The notes below the pieces were generated by a model, which saw only the letters and a list, made by a program, of their open reading frames with translations, searched no databases and had not been told where the DNA came from. Shown here in pieces: positions 48,414-63,458 of a stretch of DNA of 64,000 nucleotides. Source of the stretch: Candidatus Latescibacterota bacterium (GTDB taxonomy: Bacteria; Latescibacterota; UBA2968; UBA8231). The position numbers and the translations under genes are program-made. The stretch covers positions 4,896,001 through 4,960,000 of the forward strand of contig OZ242214.1 of the NCBI GenBank assembly GCA_965206595.1, in the 5' to 3' direction. The number at the start of each line of letters is the position of its first letter. Position 1 is the stretch's first letter.

Positions 48414-51400
48414 GTGTCCCGCTTCGCCCTCCAGTCCCTCCTCTGCTTCCTCCTGCTCCTGGCCATTTCGGTCTTCGGCAGCCGGGTCCTCGAATCGGCC
48501 GGGCCCGCCGAGATCGACTTCGTCGGGCTCTCGCCGGCTTCCCTGACCTCGAAGACGCGCGCCCTCCTCGAGCGGCTCGACGGCAGAGTGACCCTCACCC
48601 TTTTCGTCTCGCCGCGGCAGCGCATGCCGTCGCACCTGAAAGAGGTCGAAGGGGACGTCCGCGCCCTGCTGTCGGCGTTCCGCTCGGCCGCCCCCGACCG
48701 CGTCGACACGCGGGTCGTCTACCCGGAGCTGAGCGGGGACGCCGGGGCCGCGTACGCGGCGCGCCGCAAGGTCTCCCCCATCAGCGTGCGGCGCATCGAG
48801 AGGGACGAGCACGGCGAGGAGAAGGTCTGGTCCTCCCTGGTGCTGAGCATCGAGAACCACCCGGAGGTGCTCATCCAGGGGATTGAGGATACCGACCTGC
48901 CCTTCCTCGAGCAGTGGGTGCGCGCCCATCTGCAGACCCTGTTCGCCCCGCCGCAGGCGGATTTCGCCTTCTCCGCTCCGGCCAGCGGCGGGTTCGTCGA
49001 GTTTCCGCAGTTCCTCAGCCAGCACGGCCCGGTGGTGCAGGTCGACCTCGACCGCTCCCCCTACATCCCGCCCGACACCGACATGCTCTTCTGGTTCGCG
49101 CCGCAGCAGGTGACGGACCGGCACATACAGCAGCTCAAGAGATTCGTCGCCTCGGGGCGGACCGCGGTCCTCGCCGGCAGCTCGTACGAGGCCACCTACC
49201 ACGCCCGCGGCGACTCGGTGCTGTTCCGCATGGCCGATGGGCCCCGGGCCTGGAGCGACCTGCTGCGCCCCTTCGGCCTGCGGCCCATCCCCGATCTGCT
49301 GCTGGACCGCAACGCCGGCGCCCTGCCCGTGCGCCTCGCCGACGGTTCGGTCCGCGAAGTCGAGGCCCCCTTTCACCTGCGCAACCTGCCCGCGTTCCGC
49401 GACTTCCGGCGATTCCGCACCCCGGCCCGCGGCGGCCTGAGCTTCGTCGCCGCCAGCCCGCTTGCCGTAGACCCGGGCCGCGCCGCCCAGGCCGGGTACG
49501 AAGCCCAGGTGGTCGCCACCACCACCGAGCACGCCTGGGTGCGCGCCCTCACCGGCGACCTGCTGTCGGGGGCCGACCTCGCCGCCTCCCTCACCGTACC
49601 GAAGCAGAACCTGATGGTGCTGCTGACCCCCGGCGATCCCTGGGCCGGCCGGCTCGTCGTCCTCGCTTCCGCCAGCGCCTTCCGCGACGGCATACTGCGC
49701 CAGCCGGGGTACGGCCACTCCGTCGTGATAGACGACCTGGTGCGCACCTTCGCCTCCCGCGACCGCCTGATCCGCGCCGAGGTCGACCGCGCGCAACCGG
49801 CCGAGCTGCCCCCCCTGACCGGCGCTTCCCGCCTGCTGTGGCGGCTGCTCGTGGTCGGTCTCGCCCCGGTGCTGATACTGGCGTACGGGTGGTGGCGTTT
49901 CCGGAGATCCGGCGACTTGTCCGGATTGCGCCTGCTGGCGCCGCTGCCCTGGGTGCGGGCCGGGGCCGCGGTGCTCCTCCTCGTCATCGCCCTGGCGACC
50001 GGAGTGGTTGCCGCCTTCTCCCGCATCGACGTCGACCTGACCGGCGGCGGCGTCAACACCCCCGCCGCGAGCGTCGTCGAGTCGCTGGCGCGGATCCGGG
50101 ACGAGCTGACCGCCGAGTTCCTGCTCTCGCCGCGGGCAGACCTGCCGGCGAGCCTGAAGCCGTTGGAGCACCGGGTCGCCGAGCCTTTCGCCAAGGCAGG
50201 GGTGGAGCTGACGGTGGTGCGACCGGAGGCGATCTCCCCCTCGGCCAGAAAGAACCTCGAAAGGGCCGGGATCGCCCCGTTCGAGGTGGAGCAGGTGCGC
50301 CGCGATACCGTGGTCTCGAAGAGCGTCTGGAGCGGACTGCTGCTGCGCCGCGGCGACCGCGGCGAGGTGATCCCGCGGCTGGACGGGGCCACCTCGGTGC
50401 ATCTCGACTTCCTGATCGCCGCGGCCCTCCACCGCCTGGAGAGCGGCGAGCGCCCGCTGGTTTCGGTCGTCTCCGACCTGCCGCGGCTGTCCCCCGCCGA
50501 GGCCCTGGAGGACTACCAGAAGAAGGGGTTGAGCGCCCCGAGCGGGACCGACGTGTACAGCCATCTCAAGCGCATGCTCGCCGCGTACGGGTACCGCGTC
50601 CATCACGTCAACCCGCGCTACCCGCAGCTGGCCCCGGACTCCGACGTCGTCCTGTGGATGCAGCCGCGCCGCGATTCGGGGGAGGTCATCCTGCAACTGA
50701 GCCGCCATCTCGCCGGGGGCGGGACCGCCATCGTCGCCATGCAGCACTTCAACATCCAGCAGCGCCAGTACCGAGGCACCGGCTTCGATACCGTGTACTG
50801 GCCCCAGCCCCAGTTCCAGGACCTCGACCGCTACCTGCGACTGATCGGCGTCGAGCAGGTGCGTCAGGTGCTCATGGACCGCACGCGTCACCACCTGCGG
50901 CTCGACACCCAGGTCAACCGCACCGCGGTGCGCGAGTACGACGCCCAGGAAGTCGCCCTGCCGTTCCTGATCCGCACCGTCGGAGAGCGCTACGACCCCG
51001 GATCGCCGATAACTCGCGACCTCGGTGACCTGCTGTTCATCTGGGGAAACAGCTTCGACCTCGGCGGGCTTCCGGAGTCGTTCGCGCGGCAGGTGCTGAT
51101 CAGCACCTCCCCGCAGTCCTGGAGCTATCCGTGGAAGGGAGGCTTTCTGCGGCCGGATTCGCTGTCCCAGCCGGAGGAGGTGTCGGGGGCGCAGCCGCTG
51201 GCCGTCGACCTGCGCGGCGAGTTCCCGGAGGCGCAGTTCGTCGAGGACGAGGAGGGACGCAGCAACCTCGAGCCGCTACCGGCTTCTGGACGCCGCGGCC
51301 GCCTGGTGCTGGTCGGCTGCTCGGAAATGTTCAAGAACGGACACCTGCAGATGCCGGGCTTCGACCACGATCAGCTGCTCCTCAACCTGCTCGCCGACGC

Positions 51401-51593
51401 CGTCTACGGACCCGGCATGACCCGGCTGCAGGGGCGCACCCGCCAGGCGCGCGGCTTCGCCTACCACGACCCCGCCGGCAGGGCGGTCTGGCGCCTCGTC
51501 GTCATCGCCGCAGCTCCGCTCGCCCTAGGCGCCGTCGCCCTGGTCCGCTATCGCCGGCGCTCCCATCCCGGCGCTGCCGGGGGGCCGTCGTGA
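48414..51593 (+). CDS. GldG-like ABC auxiliary component with two tandem modules
   Basis: Two repeats of TM + thioredoxin-like + GATase-like + TM (VWSSLVL / VWSGLLL; GRLVVL / GRLVLV). Confidence 0.8.
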   Translation: MSRFALQSLLCFLLLLAISVFGSRVLESAGPAEIDFVGLSPASLTSKTRALLERLDGRVTLTLFVSPRQRMPSHLKEVEGDVRALLSAFRSAAPDRVDTRVVYPELSGDAGAAYAARRKVSPISVRRIERDEHGEEKVWSSLVLSIENHPEVLIQGIEDTDLPFLEQWVRAHLQTLFAPPQADFAFSAPASGGFVEFPQFLSQHGPVVQVDLDRSPYIPPDTDMLFWFAPQQVTDRHIQQLKRFVASGRTAVLAGSSYEATYHARGDSVLFRMADGPRAWSDLLRPFGLRPIPDLLLDRNAGALPVRLADGSVREVEAPFHLRNLPAFRDFRRFRTPARGGLSFVAASPLAVDPGRAAQAGYEAQVVATTTEHAWVRALTGDLLSGADLAASLTVPKQNLMVLLTPGDPWAGRLVVLASASAFRDGILRQPGYGHSVVIDDLVRTFASRDRLIRAEVDRAQPAELPPLTGASRLLWRLLVVGLAPVLILAYGWWRFRRSGDLSGLRLLAPLPWVRAGAAVLLLVIALATGVVAAFSRIDVDLTGGGVNTPAASVVESLARIRDELTAEFLLSPRADLPASLKPLEHRVAEPFAKAGVELTVVRPEAISPSARKNLERAGIAPFEVEQVRRDTVVSKSVWSGLLLRRGDRGEVIPRLDGATSVHLDFLIAAALHRLESGERPLVSVVSDLPRLSPAEALEDYQKKGLSAPSGTDVYSHLKRMLAAYGYRVHHVNPRYPQLAPDSDVVLWMQPRRDSGEVILQLSRHLAGGGTAIVAMQHFNIQQRQYRGTGFDTVYWPQPQFQDLDRYLRLIGVEQVRQVLMDRTRHHLRLDTQVNRTAVREYDAQEVALPFLIRTVGERYDPGSPITRDLGDLLFIWGNSFDLGGLPESFARQVLISTSPQSWSYPWKGGFLRPDSLSQPEEVSGAQPLAVDLRGEFPEAQFVEDEEGRSNLEPLPASGRRGRLVLVGCSEMFKNGHLQMPGFDHDQLLLNLLADAVYGPGMTRLQGRTRQARGFAYHDPAGRAVWRLVVIAAAPLALGAVALVRYRRRSHPGAAGGPS

Positions 51594-52618
51594 CCCGGCT
51601 TCTGCCCATCCTCGGCGCCGTGATCGCCCTGCTGATCGGCGCCGATCTCTGGATCGACCAGCGACGGGAGGAGAAGCGCCTCGAAGCCGGAACCTTGCTG
51701 CCGCTGTTCGACCCCGCGGACGAAGTCGTGCCGGAGCGCATCCGCCGCGTCGAGGTGCGGGCCCCGGGGGGGCGCCATCTCTGGGTGTACGAGAAGCATG
51801 GGAAGGTCTGGCGTTACCCGACCTACCACGGCGCCTACGTGCAGGAGGACCGCGTCGACTTCCTGCTGCGGAGCCTGCTGGAGACTTACGGGACCGCCGT
51901 CTCGGGAGACGACCGCGACTACGGATTGCTGCCGCAGCAGGCGGTCGAGGTGCTGCTCGCGGACGACTCGGGCATGCTGGCCGACGTGCTGGTTGGCCGC
52001 GGGGCCCCCGGCCGGCGCACGGGGGAAGCCTACGTGCGCCGCAACCGCGACGGCGCCCGGATATGGCACCTGCACGCCAACCCCCGCCACGCCCTGGCCG
52101 GCGGCAATCCCCCGATGCTCGACCGGTTCCTGTTTCCCAAGGTGCTCGAGCGAAACAGCATTGTGCAGATCGACTTCGCCAGCGCAAGACCGGCGCCCCG
52201 GCAGCTGCGCCGGGTGCCCCGGCCGCCCCCGGCGGAGGGTCCGTACCTGCCGCGGCCCGGGGAGTACGCCTACGACTGGGTGGCGACCTTCGAGGGGGGC
52301 AGCGACACCTGTCTCACTGCCAATCTCTTCGCCTACACGGCGTTCCTGAAGGAGCTCCGCTTCGATAGCCTGCGCGACCCGCGGGCGGGCGGCTACGGCT
52401 TTTCCGACCGCGAGCGCATCGAGCTGACCGACGAGGACGGGACCGTCGACGTCCTGCACGTGGGCCGCAGGGAAGGGGACCTGGTGTTCGTGCGCAACGA
52501 GGCGGCCGGTCTCGTCTGCGCCGTCGACGCCGGCAGCGCCGAGCTGCTGTTTCCCGGCCGCAGCGCCCTCACCGACACCCTGCCCGAGCCCTCTCCGTAC
52601 CGGCTGGCGCGGCAATGA
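51590..52618 (+). CDS. DUF4340-like membrane-anchored protein
   Basis: N-terminal TM, DYGL / GYGF repeats, and its usual position after GldG-like genes. Confidence 0.7.
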   Translation: MTRLLPILGAVIALLIGADLWIDQRREEKRLEAGTLLPLFDPADEVVPERIRRVEVRAPGGRHLWVYEKHGKVWRYPTYHGAYVQEDRVDFLLRSLLETYGTAVSGDDRDYGLLPQQAVEVLLADDSGMLADVLVGRGAPGRRTGEAYVRRNRDGARIWHLHANPRHALAGGNPPMLDRFLFPKVLERNSIVQIDFASARPAPRQLRRVPRPPPAEGPYLPRPGEYAYDWVATFEGGSDTCLTANLFAYTAFLKELRFDSLRDPRAGGYGFSDRERIELTDEDGTVDVLHVGRREGDLVFVRNEAAGLVCAVDAGSAELLFPGRSALTDTLPEPSPYRLARQ

Positions 52619-52650
52619 AAAAGCGCCCCCCGGAAACCCCGGGAGCGCTC
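52617..52650 (-). terminator. Rho-independent terminator of gltBD
   Basis: Minus strand GAGCGCTCCCGGGGTTTCCGGGGGGCGCTTTTT, a hairpin plus U-tract. Confidence 0.7.
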
Positions 52651-52750
52651 CGTATCGCAGCTCTGGTTTTGTCTTGGTGCCTATGCGGTAAGCAAGCCTG
52701 CAAACGAGGCCCCCGGCGACAGAATTCACGCGGGGTTCCGCTGGCAGGCA

Positions 52751-54240
52751 CTACGGCAGCGAGGTCGTCCCCATCAGGTAGCGGTCGCACTCGCGCGCCG
52801 CGCCGCGGCCCTCTTCGATCGCCCACACGACCAGGCTCTGCCCGCGCCTCATGTCGCCGGCGGCGAACACTCCCTCGACGCTGGTGGCGAAGCGGTCGTG
52901 CTCGGCCCTGGCGTTGGAACGCTCGTCGCGCTCGAGGTTGAGCTGATCGAGGACCGTGTCCTCCGGGCCGAGGAAGCCCATCGCCAGCAGCACGAGATCG
53001 GCAGGCCACACCTTCTCGGTCCCCGGGACCGGCTGCGGCGCCATGCGGCCGCCGGCTCCCGGCGCCCATTCGATCCCCACCGTGTGCAGCTCCCTGACGT
53101 TGCCGTCGCCGTCGCCGACGAACCTCGTAGTGTTGATCAGGTAGGTGCGCGGATCTTCGCCGAAGCGGGCCGCCGCCTCTTCCTGGCCGTAGTCGAGCAG
53201 GTAGACGTTCGGCCACTCGGGCCAGGGATTGTCCGGGGCGCGCTCGTCGGGGGGCCGCGGCATGATTTCGAACTGCGTCAGGCTCCTGCAGCCGTGGCGC
53301 ATCGAGGTGCCGACGCAGTCGGTGCCGGTGTCGCCGCCGCCGATGACGATGACGTGCTTGTCCCTTGCGGAGATGTAGTTGCCGTCGGCGTGGCCGGAGT
53401 CCATCAGGCTCTTCGTGTTCGCGGTCAGAAACTCCATGGCGAAGTGGACGCCGTTCAATTCGCGCCCCTCGGCCGGCATGTCGCGCCCCTTGGTCGCCCC
53501 CCCGCACAGGACCACGGCGTCGAACTCCTCGACCAGTTGGGGCGCCGGGATGTCCCTGCCGATCTCGGTGTTGGTGACGAACTCGACCCCCTCGGCCTCC
53601 ATCAGCTGCAGCCGCCGCGTCACCACCGCCTTGTCGAGCTTCATGTTAGGGATGCCGTACATCAGCAGGCCGCCGATGCGGTCGGCGCGCTCGTACACGG
53701 TGACCCAGTGTCCGGCGCGGTTGAGCTGCGCGGCGCAGGAGAGGCCGGCGGGCCCGGATCCGACGACGGCGACCCGTCTGCCGGTTCGCCGCTCCGGCGG
53801 CTCGGGGAGCACCGTGCCAGAGGCGAAGCCGTGGTCGACGATGGCGGCTTCGATGTTCTTGATCGTCACCGGAGGCTCGTTTATACCGAGCACGCAGGCC
53901 CCCTCGCAGGGGGCGGGGCAGACGCGCCCGGTGAACTCGGGGAAGTTGTTGGTCTTGTGGAGCCGCTCCAGCGCGTCTTCCCAGAGGCCGCGGTAGACCA
54001 GGTCGTTCCACTCAGGAATCAGGTTGTTGATCGGACAGCCCGACCCCTTGTCGCTGCGGCTCATCGACGCCCCGGTGTGGCAGAACGGGACGCCGCAGTC
54101 CATGCAGCGCGAACCCTGGTCCCGCAGCTTCTCCACCCCCATGTGGAGGTGGAACTCGTCCCAGTCCTTAACCCTTTCGAGCGGAGACCGGTCCTGCGGC
54201 AGCTCCCGCTCGATTTCCATGAATCCTGTTGGTTTGCCCA

Positions 54241-54241
<1 letters not shown>
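52751..54241 (-). CDS. gltD: Glutamate synthase small subunit
   Basis: [33 protein letters not shown] and [10 protein letters not shown]. Confidence 0.97.
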
Positions 54242-58842
<4,601 letters not shown>

Positions 58843-58886
58843 CGGTCGGGAGATCCGGTTGCGGTCCAGAGGAAAGGGGTAAATAT

Positions 58887-59225
58887 ATGACCCGCAGCCA
58901 GATCGTCGAGGAGATCCGCAGCGAGCCCAACGTCGCCAACGTCTTCAGCGAGCTGATACGGGACAGCTTCATCGCCGAGACCGACGGACAGGTGGCGCTG
59001 GTGATGATCGTCGAAGGGGAATCGGACAGCGACGTCGCCGACAGCCTGCAGGGGAAAATCATCCCCTCGCTGCAGAAGAACCACGGCAGGGACTCGATCG
59101 ACGAGCTGCGCACCATTCGCCTGCTCGGCACCATCCGCCGCGAGCACAACTACCTGCCGATGGTCAACATGGGCGCCGCCGTGCTCGACGACGACTGGCC
59201 TGACGAGGCGATCTTCGTCGGGTAA
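58887..59225 (+). CDS. Hypothetical protein
   Basis: 112-aa ORF with host-like GC3 bias and a purine-rich SD. Confidence 0.6.
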   Translation: MTRSQIVEEIRSEPNVANVFSELIRDSFIAETDGQVALVMIVEGESDSDVADSLQGKIIPSLQKNHGRDSIDELRTIRLLGTIRREHNYLPMVNMGAAVLDDDWPDEAIFVG

Positions 59226-59592
59226 GCCCAGTGCGTCCAGGAGGCGGATTCTGGGGAACATTGCTTCCTTCCCCATACCTCCGACGTTACTCGGCCGCCC
59301 TTGCGAGCCGGCAGCCGCCGGGTGAATTGCCCTTCCGTCGGGACATTTCACTTGATATAACACGATTGAAAAAACCCTTGCCTTTCCCCCCCCTCTTTTG
59401 GTGACCCTCACCTTGGTCACCATCGGCAAGCGGGGGGGGCAAGGTAAGGCGGAGCTGGATGGCATGACGGCATCCCCGGGGCGACGCTGACCGTCGGCGC
59501 CATGCTGACCGAGCTACGCGGGCTTTTCTGGTTCGCATCGAGAACGGCAACCGAAAGCAAAGGGAATGGCTTATTCTTCCGGGTTAAATGCA

Positions 59593-59995
59593 ATGGTAAA
59601 GCCGGTGGCCGTGGCCGCCGGGGCTGATGCTGGCGCTGTGCATCGGCATCAGGGCGCGCCTGGAGACCGGAGCGCCGCCCGGCCTGCCGTTAAAACCTTT
59701 CGCCCACCTGCTGGGCCGGCAGGCGCCCGCTTTCGCCCTTCCCGGCCTCCGCGGGGAAACCGTGTCCCTGGCCAGCGCCCGGGGGGCCGATGCCTGGCTG
59801 CTCTACTTCACCGACGCCGCCTGCGGGGCCTGCAAGGCCGCCTACCCGGCGGTGGCCAAGGCGGCCGGGGTGCTGCCCATCGTCGCCATCGCCACGGGCG
59901 ACCCGGATCTGATGCAGGCCCACATCGGAGAAGCCGCCGTCGCCATCGGCCGCGAGGAGCAGCTCCCTCGCAGACCTGCAGCGGCAGCGACCTGA
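59593..59995 (+). pseudogene. Redoxin (AhpC/TSA/TlpA-like) remnant
   Basis: APAFALPGLRGETVSL...YFTDAACGAC. The signal region is frameshifted (GCCGGGGCTG) and the C-terminus is truncated. Confidence 0.55.
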
Positions 59996-60093
59996 TGACA
60001 CACGGCCTGGACATTTCCCTGCCGGGAGCACTTCTCCTCGGACTGCATATGGATCGAGCAGATTCCGGGCTCATAAACAGGAAGGAGAATAAC

Positions 60094-60846
60094 GTGATCA
60101 AACGTCAGACCGATCTGAGGTCGGAGCCGGTCGAGCGGATCATCGCACTGGGGGAGAGCACGACCTGGGGCTACTCGGTGTCCGACAAGAGCAAATGCTG
60201 GGTGAGCCAGGTTGTCGCCATGCTCGAGGAGTTCCAGGGTGCGGCGATCGAGCTGATCAACCAGGGCATCGGCAGCAATGTGCTGACACCGGACTGTCCG
60301 TCCTATGAGTTTTCCGCCAAGCCATCGGCGCTCGAGCGGGTGGACGATGAGTTGATTGCCCACGACCCGGATCTGGTCTTCCTGTCATACGGTCTCAACG
60401 ATTCGCGTGGCGGCACTCCTCCGGAGACCTTCCGCCGTGCCTATCAGGAGCTCATCGATCGCATTCGATCCAGGACCGACCCCGTTATCGTGATCATCAA
60501 CACCTACTACATGCACGAGATCCTCTACTCGCACTGCGAGCACTGGGAGGAGAGCAGCTACGACCTCACCGACGTGTACAACCTCGTCATCCGGCAGATC
60601 GCAGAGGCGAACGGCCTCATACTCGCTGATATCTACTCCGCGGAGATTGGCGTGGACTGGATCATCGACGAGGATCATTGCCATCCCAACGACCTTGGAC
60701 ACAGGATAATCGCCAATCGCGTCTTCGAGGCCGTTGTCCGCAACTGCAGTTTCGTGGCGCGCCAGATGCCCGGGACCTCCCTGATCCATTCCTTTGTGGA
60801 GAAGTATGGCAACGGCCCGGACAGACCCTCCAGCGGAGCCAGCTAG
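60094..60846 (+). CDS. SGNH/GDSL hydrolase
   Basis: ALGESTTWG, NQGIGSN, YGLNDSR and DHCHPNDLGH, with an AAGGAG SD. Confidence 0.9.
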   Translation: MIKRQTDLRSEPVERIIALGESTTWGYSVSDKSKCWVSQVVAMLEEFQGAAIELINQGIGSNVLTPDCPSYEFSAKPSALERVDDELIAHDPDLVFLSYGLNDSRGGTPPETFRRAYQELIDRIRSRTDPVIVIINTYYMHEILYSHCEHWEESSYDLTDVYNLVIRQIAEANGLILADIYSAEIGVDWIIDEDHCHPNDLGHRIIANRVFEAVVRNCSFVARQMPGTSLIHSFVEKYGNGPDRPSSGAS

Positions 60847-62468
60847 TACCGCACGGCCAGCTGAATGGTGTTCAGCAACAGAGGCGACTGCCGCGACTCG
60901 GCGCGCCTGTTCAATACCAACTCCACCGAATTTTCCCCGTGAACGACCTGATCGGGGGTGAGATCGCCCTCCAGCCATTGGCCCTCTTCGGGTGAGGTGA
61001 ACGCGTCGTTGACCTTCAACCCGGACAACGACTTTCCGTTGAGCTCAACGGAGACCTCGTCGTCGGTGGTGAGATCCCACATGTGGGCGCGAAAACGGAG
61101 CTGAGCGTTGCCGGCAGATGTGTCTTCGCCGACCAGGAAACTCAGCCCTAGTTTCTCGCCCTGCACCAGCTCCACCTGCTGGCCGTTTCCGGTTTCCTCC
61201 GGAAATCGATCCACGCCAAACAGTTTGTCTTTGCCCGCCATGGTGGCGGTATCGCCGATCTCTCGCCACCAATGCGGCTCGCCCAAGGCGGGGTTGAAGA
61301 TGTAGAGCCCATCGGCGCCATCGTTGAACATATTCATCGCCGCTCCACGCCAGGCAGCGAGCGTGTGCTCCCACCCGTTGTACTCCAGGATGTAGGAGGG
61401 TTTGCCGAGGCGATCGGGCTGTCCGCCATACAGGTTTTCGAGGTACGAATCGGCGGTTCGATATTTGCCCTTGGCCAGGTCGAGATATGCCCATCGGGTC
61501 CAGAATCCCCACCCCAGGCAAGGGTAAACGGGGACATCGTGGCGATGCCCGAATTCGATCATGTCCCGGTGCGAATCGCAGAACACTGACTCGTTCAGAT
61601 GGCCAGGGATCAGCTGGTCGATCAACCCTTCGGCGAGCCAGGTTTCCAGATCGAGACCAATGAACCGGGAATATTCGAGCCCCGGGGGTGTGTGCGCCGC
61701 CAGTAGAATGGGTCGACCGCGTTTTTGCCCTTCTTCATCCGCCATCCTGCGGATGCGCCGCAAGAAATCGGTCATGATCTCGACGTGTTCGGGCGTGACG
61801 GCTTCGCCCTCCCACGACTCGCGGAAAAACGGGTCGTACTTGAAAAACTCCATGCCGATGACATCCACGTCGTAGTTCTGGGCGACCTCTTCGATGATAC
61901 CGAAGATGTGGTCGCGCACGATCGGCAGGGAAAAGTCGAGCCTGGTCCAGGGCGCCTTGCGGCCGCCGTCGAACTTCTCCCAGTCCCCATCTTCTCCCAA
62001 CATGCATTCGGGATGTTCCACCTTGAACGGCGCCAAACCGTAGGTCCAGCGGCGCGAGCCCATCGGATAGGCGTCGTGGGCGTCGTTCATGCGCAGGGCC
62101 CACACCGCTTCCATGCCGTTTTCCCGACTGAAGTCCAGCTGTATCTGCAGAGGATCCTTTCCATACTTCTCCACCAGCTCCAGCGGCAGCTCCTTGCCGT
62201 AGAAACCGCCCAGTTTGGTGTTGTGTGAAAAGGTCAAGCCGGCCATGCAGCTGGCGTACCAGTTACTGTCGACCTGGGATCCGATCAACGGCGTGCTGCG
62301 GGCGGCCAGAAAATCATCGATGAGCTCGCCAGAGGTGCGCACGGTCAGGCCTTCGGCGACGTCGTGTTCGTGCTCGATACCGTCGCGAGCGTAAAGGGCA
62401 TCGTCGCCGTCGTTATTGAAGATGATTCGTCTCTTGCGCCAACGCGCGTCGCGTCTTGCCTGATCCAT
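60843..62468 (-). CDS. Glycoside-hydrolase-like TIM-barrel protein (GHL10-like)
   Basis: RRIIFNNDGDD, LRMNDAHD, LDFS..VR, WLAEGLID and DGLYIFN. Confidence 0.65.
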   Translation of the reverse strand: MDQARRDARWRKRRIIFNNDGDDALYARDGIEHEHDVAEGLTVRTSGELIDDFLAARSTPLIGSQVDSNWYASCMAGLTFSHNTKLGGFYGKELPLELVEKYGKDPLQIQLDFSRENGMEAVWALRMNDAHDAYPMGSRRWTYGLAPFKVEHPECMLGEDGDWEKFDGGRKAPWTRLDFSLPIVRDHIFGIIEEVAQNYDVDVIGMEFFKYDPFFRESWEGEAVTPEHVEIMTDFLRRIRRMADEEGQKRGRPILLAAHTPPGLEYSRFIGLDLETWLAEGLIDQLIPGHLNESVFCDSHRDMIEFGHRHDVPVYPCLGWGFWTRWAYLDLAKGKYRTADSYLENLYGGQPDRLGKPSYILEYNGWEHTLAAWRGAAMNMFNDGADGLYIFNPALGEPHWWREIGDTATMAGKDKLFGVDRFPEETGNGQQVELVQGEKLGLSFLVGEDTSAGNAQLRFRAHMWDLTTDDEVSVELNGKSLSGLKVNDAFTSPEEGQWLEGDLTPDQVVHGENSVELVLNRRAESRQSPLLLNTIQLAVRY

Positions 62469-62485
62469 CGTGGTTTCCTCCGTAT

Positions 62486-63295
62486 TCAGTGTGCCGATCG
62501 CTCCGTCGGAAAGTGCTCCGCTGCGTGTTCCGCCATACTCTCCGTCCACTGGCTGTAGAACTCACGAGTCACCGGGTCGGGATGTCGCGCCAGACTTTCC
62601 GGCACCAACATCCAGTAGGTGAGAGGCTGGTTGGTCACATGGCTGTAGTACGTATGCTGGGTACGGCGGCCGTGGGTGCACGCGTCAACGCCGGTAATGC
62701 GGGCGTGGAAGATATCGATGTTGTAGAGGATGCAGGTTCCCGCCTTGCCGCGAATGGGGACCTCCTGGTAGTTGGTCATCTGAGCTTGAGCGTCCTCCAG
62801 CTTTGGATAGGTGTGGCTGTTGGGTATCACGGAGAAGCAGGGGCAACAGTCGTGAACGTCCCACAGATAGTAAATGGCGCAAAGATAGCCGCTGTGGTAG
62901 GGATTCTCTGTACGGCGGTTCAGCGGAACAAGGGCCCGGTCTCGATGGAAATGCATGGCGCAGTCGCCGGCCGCTTCCGGGGGAGCAATGCGAAAATCAA
63001 ACTGGGCGAATCGAACGCCCTTCCCCAAGATCGCCTCGACAATCGGATAAGAACGAGGCGGCCGCACATGGCGATCCAGTTCTGGGTGCTCCACCAGGAT
63101 CTGGCCATGGCCGTACATCTCTCGCTCTTTGACTCCCCATCCCTCGGGATCCTCGAGTTTGCAACGGTCGACAAATGCGTTGAGGGTGCTCACCTCCTCT
63201 TCACTGAGTGCGTCTTCAATAACGACGTAGTTGTTCTCCTTGAAGAACTGCAGGATGTCGTCGTGCTGGTGGTGAGGAAAAGCGGAGGCTTCCAT
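62486..63295 (-). CDS. PhyH-family dioxygenase
   Basis: FFKENNYVVIEDAL, HFHRD, VIPNSH and GTCILYNIDIFHA. Confidence 0.85.
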   Translation of the reverse strand: MEASAFPHHQHDDILQFFKENNYVVIEDALSEEEVSTLNAFVDRCKLEDPEGWGVKEREMYGHGQILVEHPELDRHVRPPRSYPIVEAILGKGVRFAQFDFRIAPPEAAGDCAMHFHRDRALVPLNRRTENPYHSGYLCAIYYLWDVHDCCPCFSVIPNSHTYPKLEDAQAQMTNYQEVPIRGKAGTCILYNIDIFHARITGVDACTHGRRTQHTYYSHVTNQPLTYWMLVPESLARHPDPVTREFYSQWTESMAEHAAEHFPTERSAH

Positions 63296-63458
63296 GGAGT
63301 GCTCCCCTTTCGAAAATAGGGTTCTGGGTTCGGGGCTCAGGGAACGGCCCGACCGCGTCGTTTCCTGGGAGTGCGGGCATCCTTGCTCACAGCCGTTTCA
63401 TCCGGAAGAGCTCGCGGTATTCCGGAGTTGACAGCTGCCCGCGTCGAGTACGTGCTCT

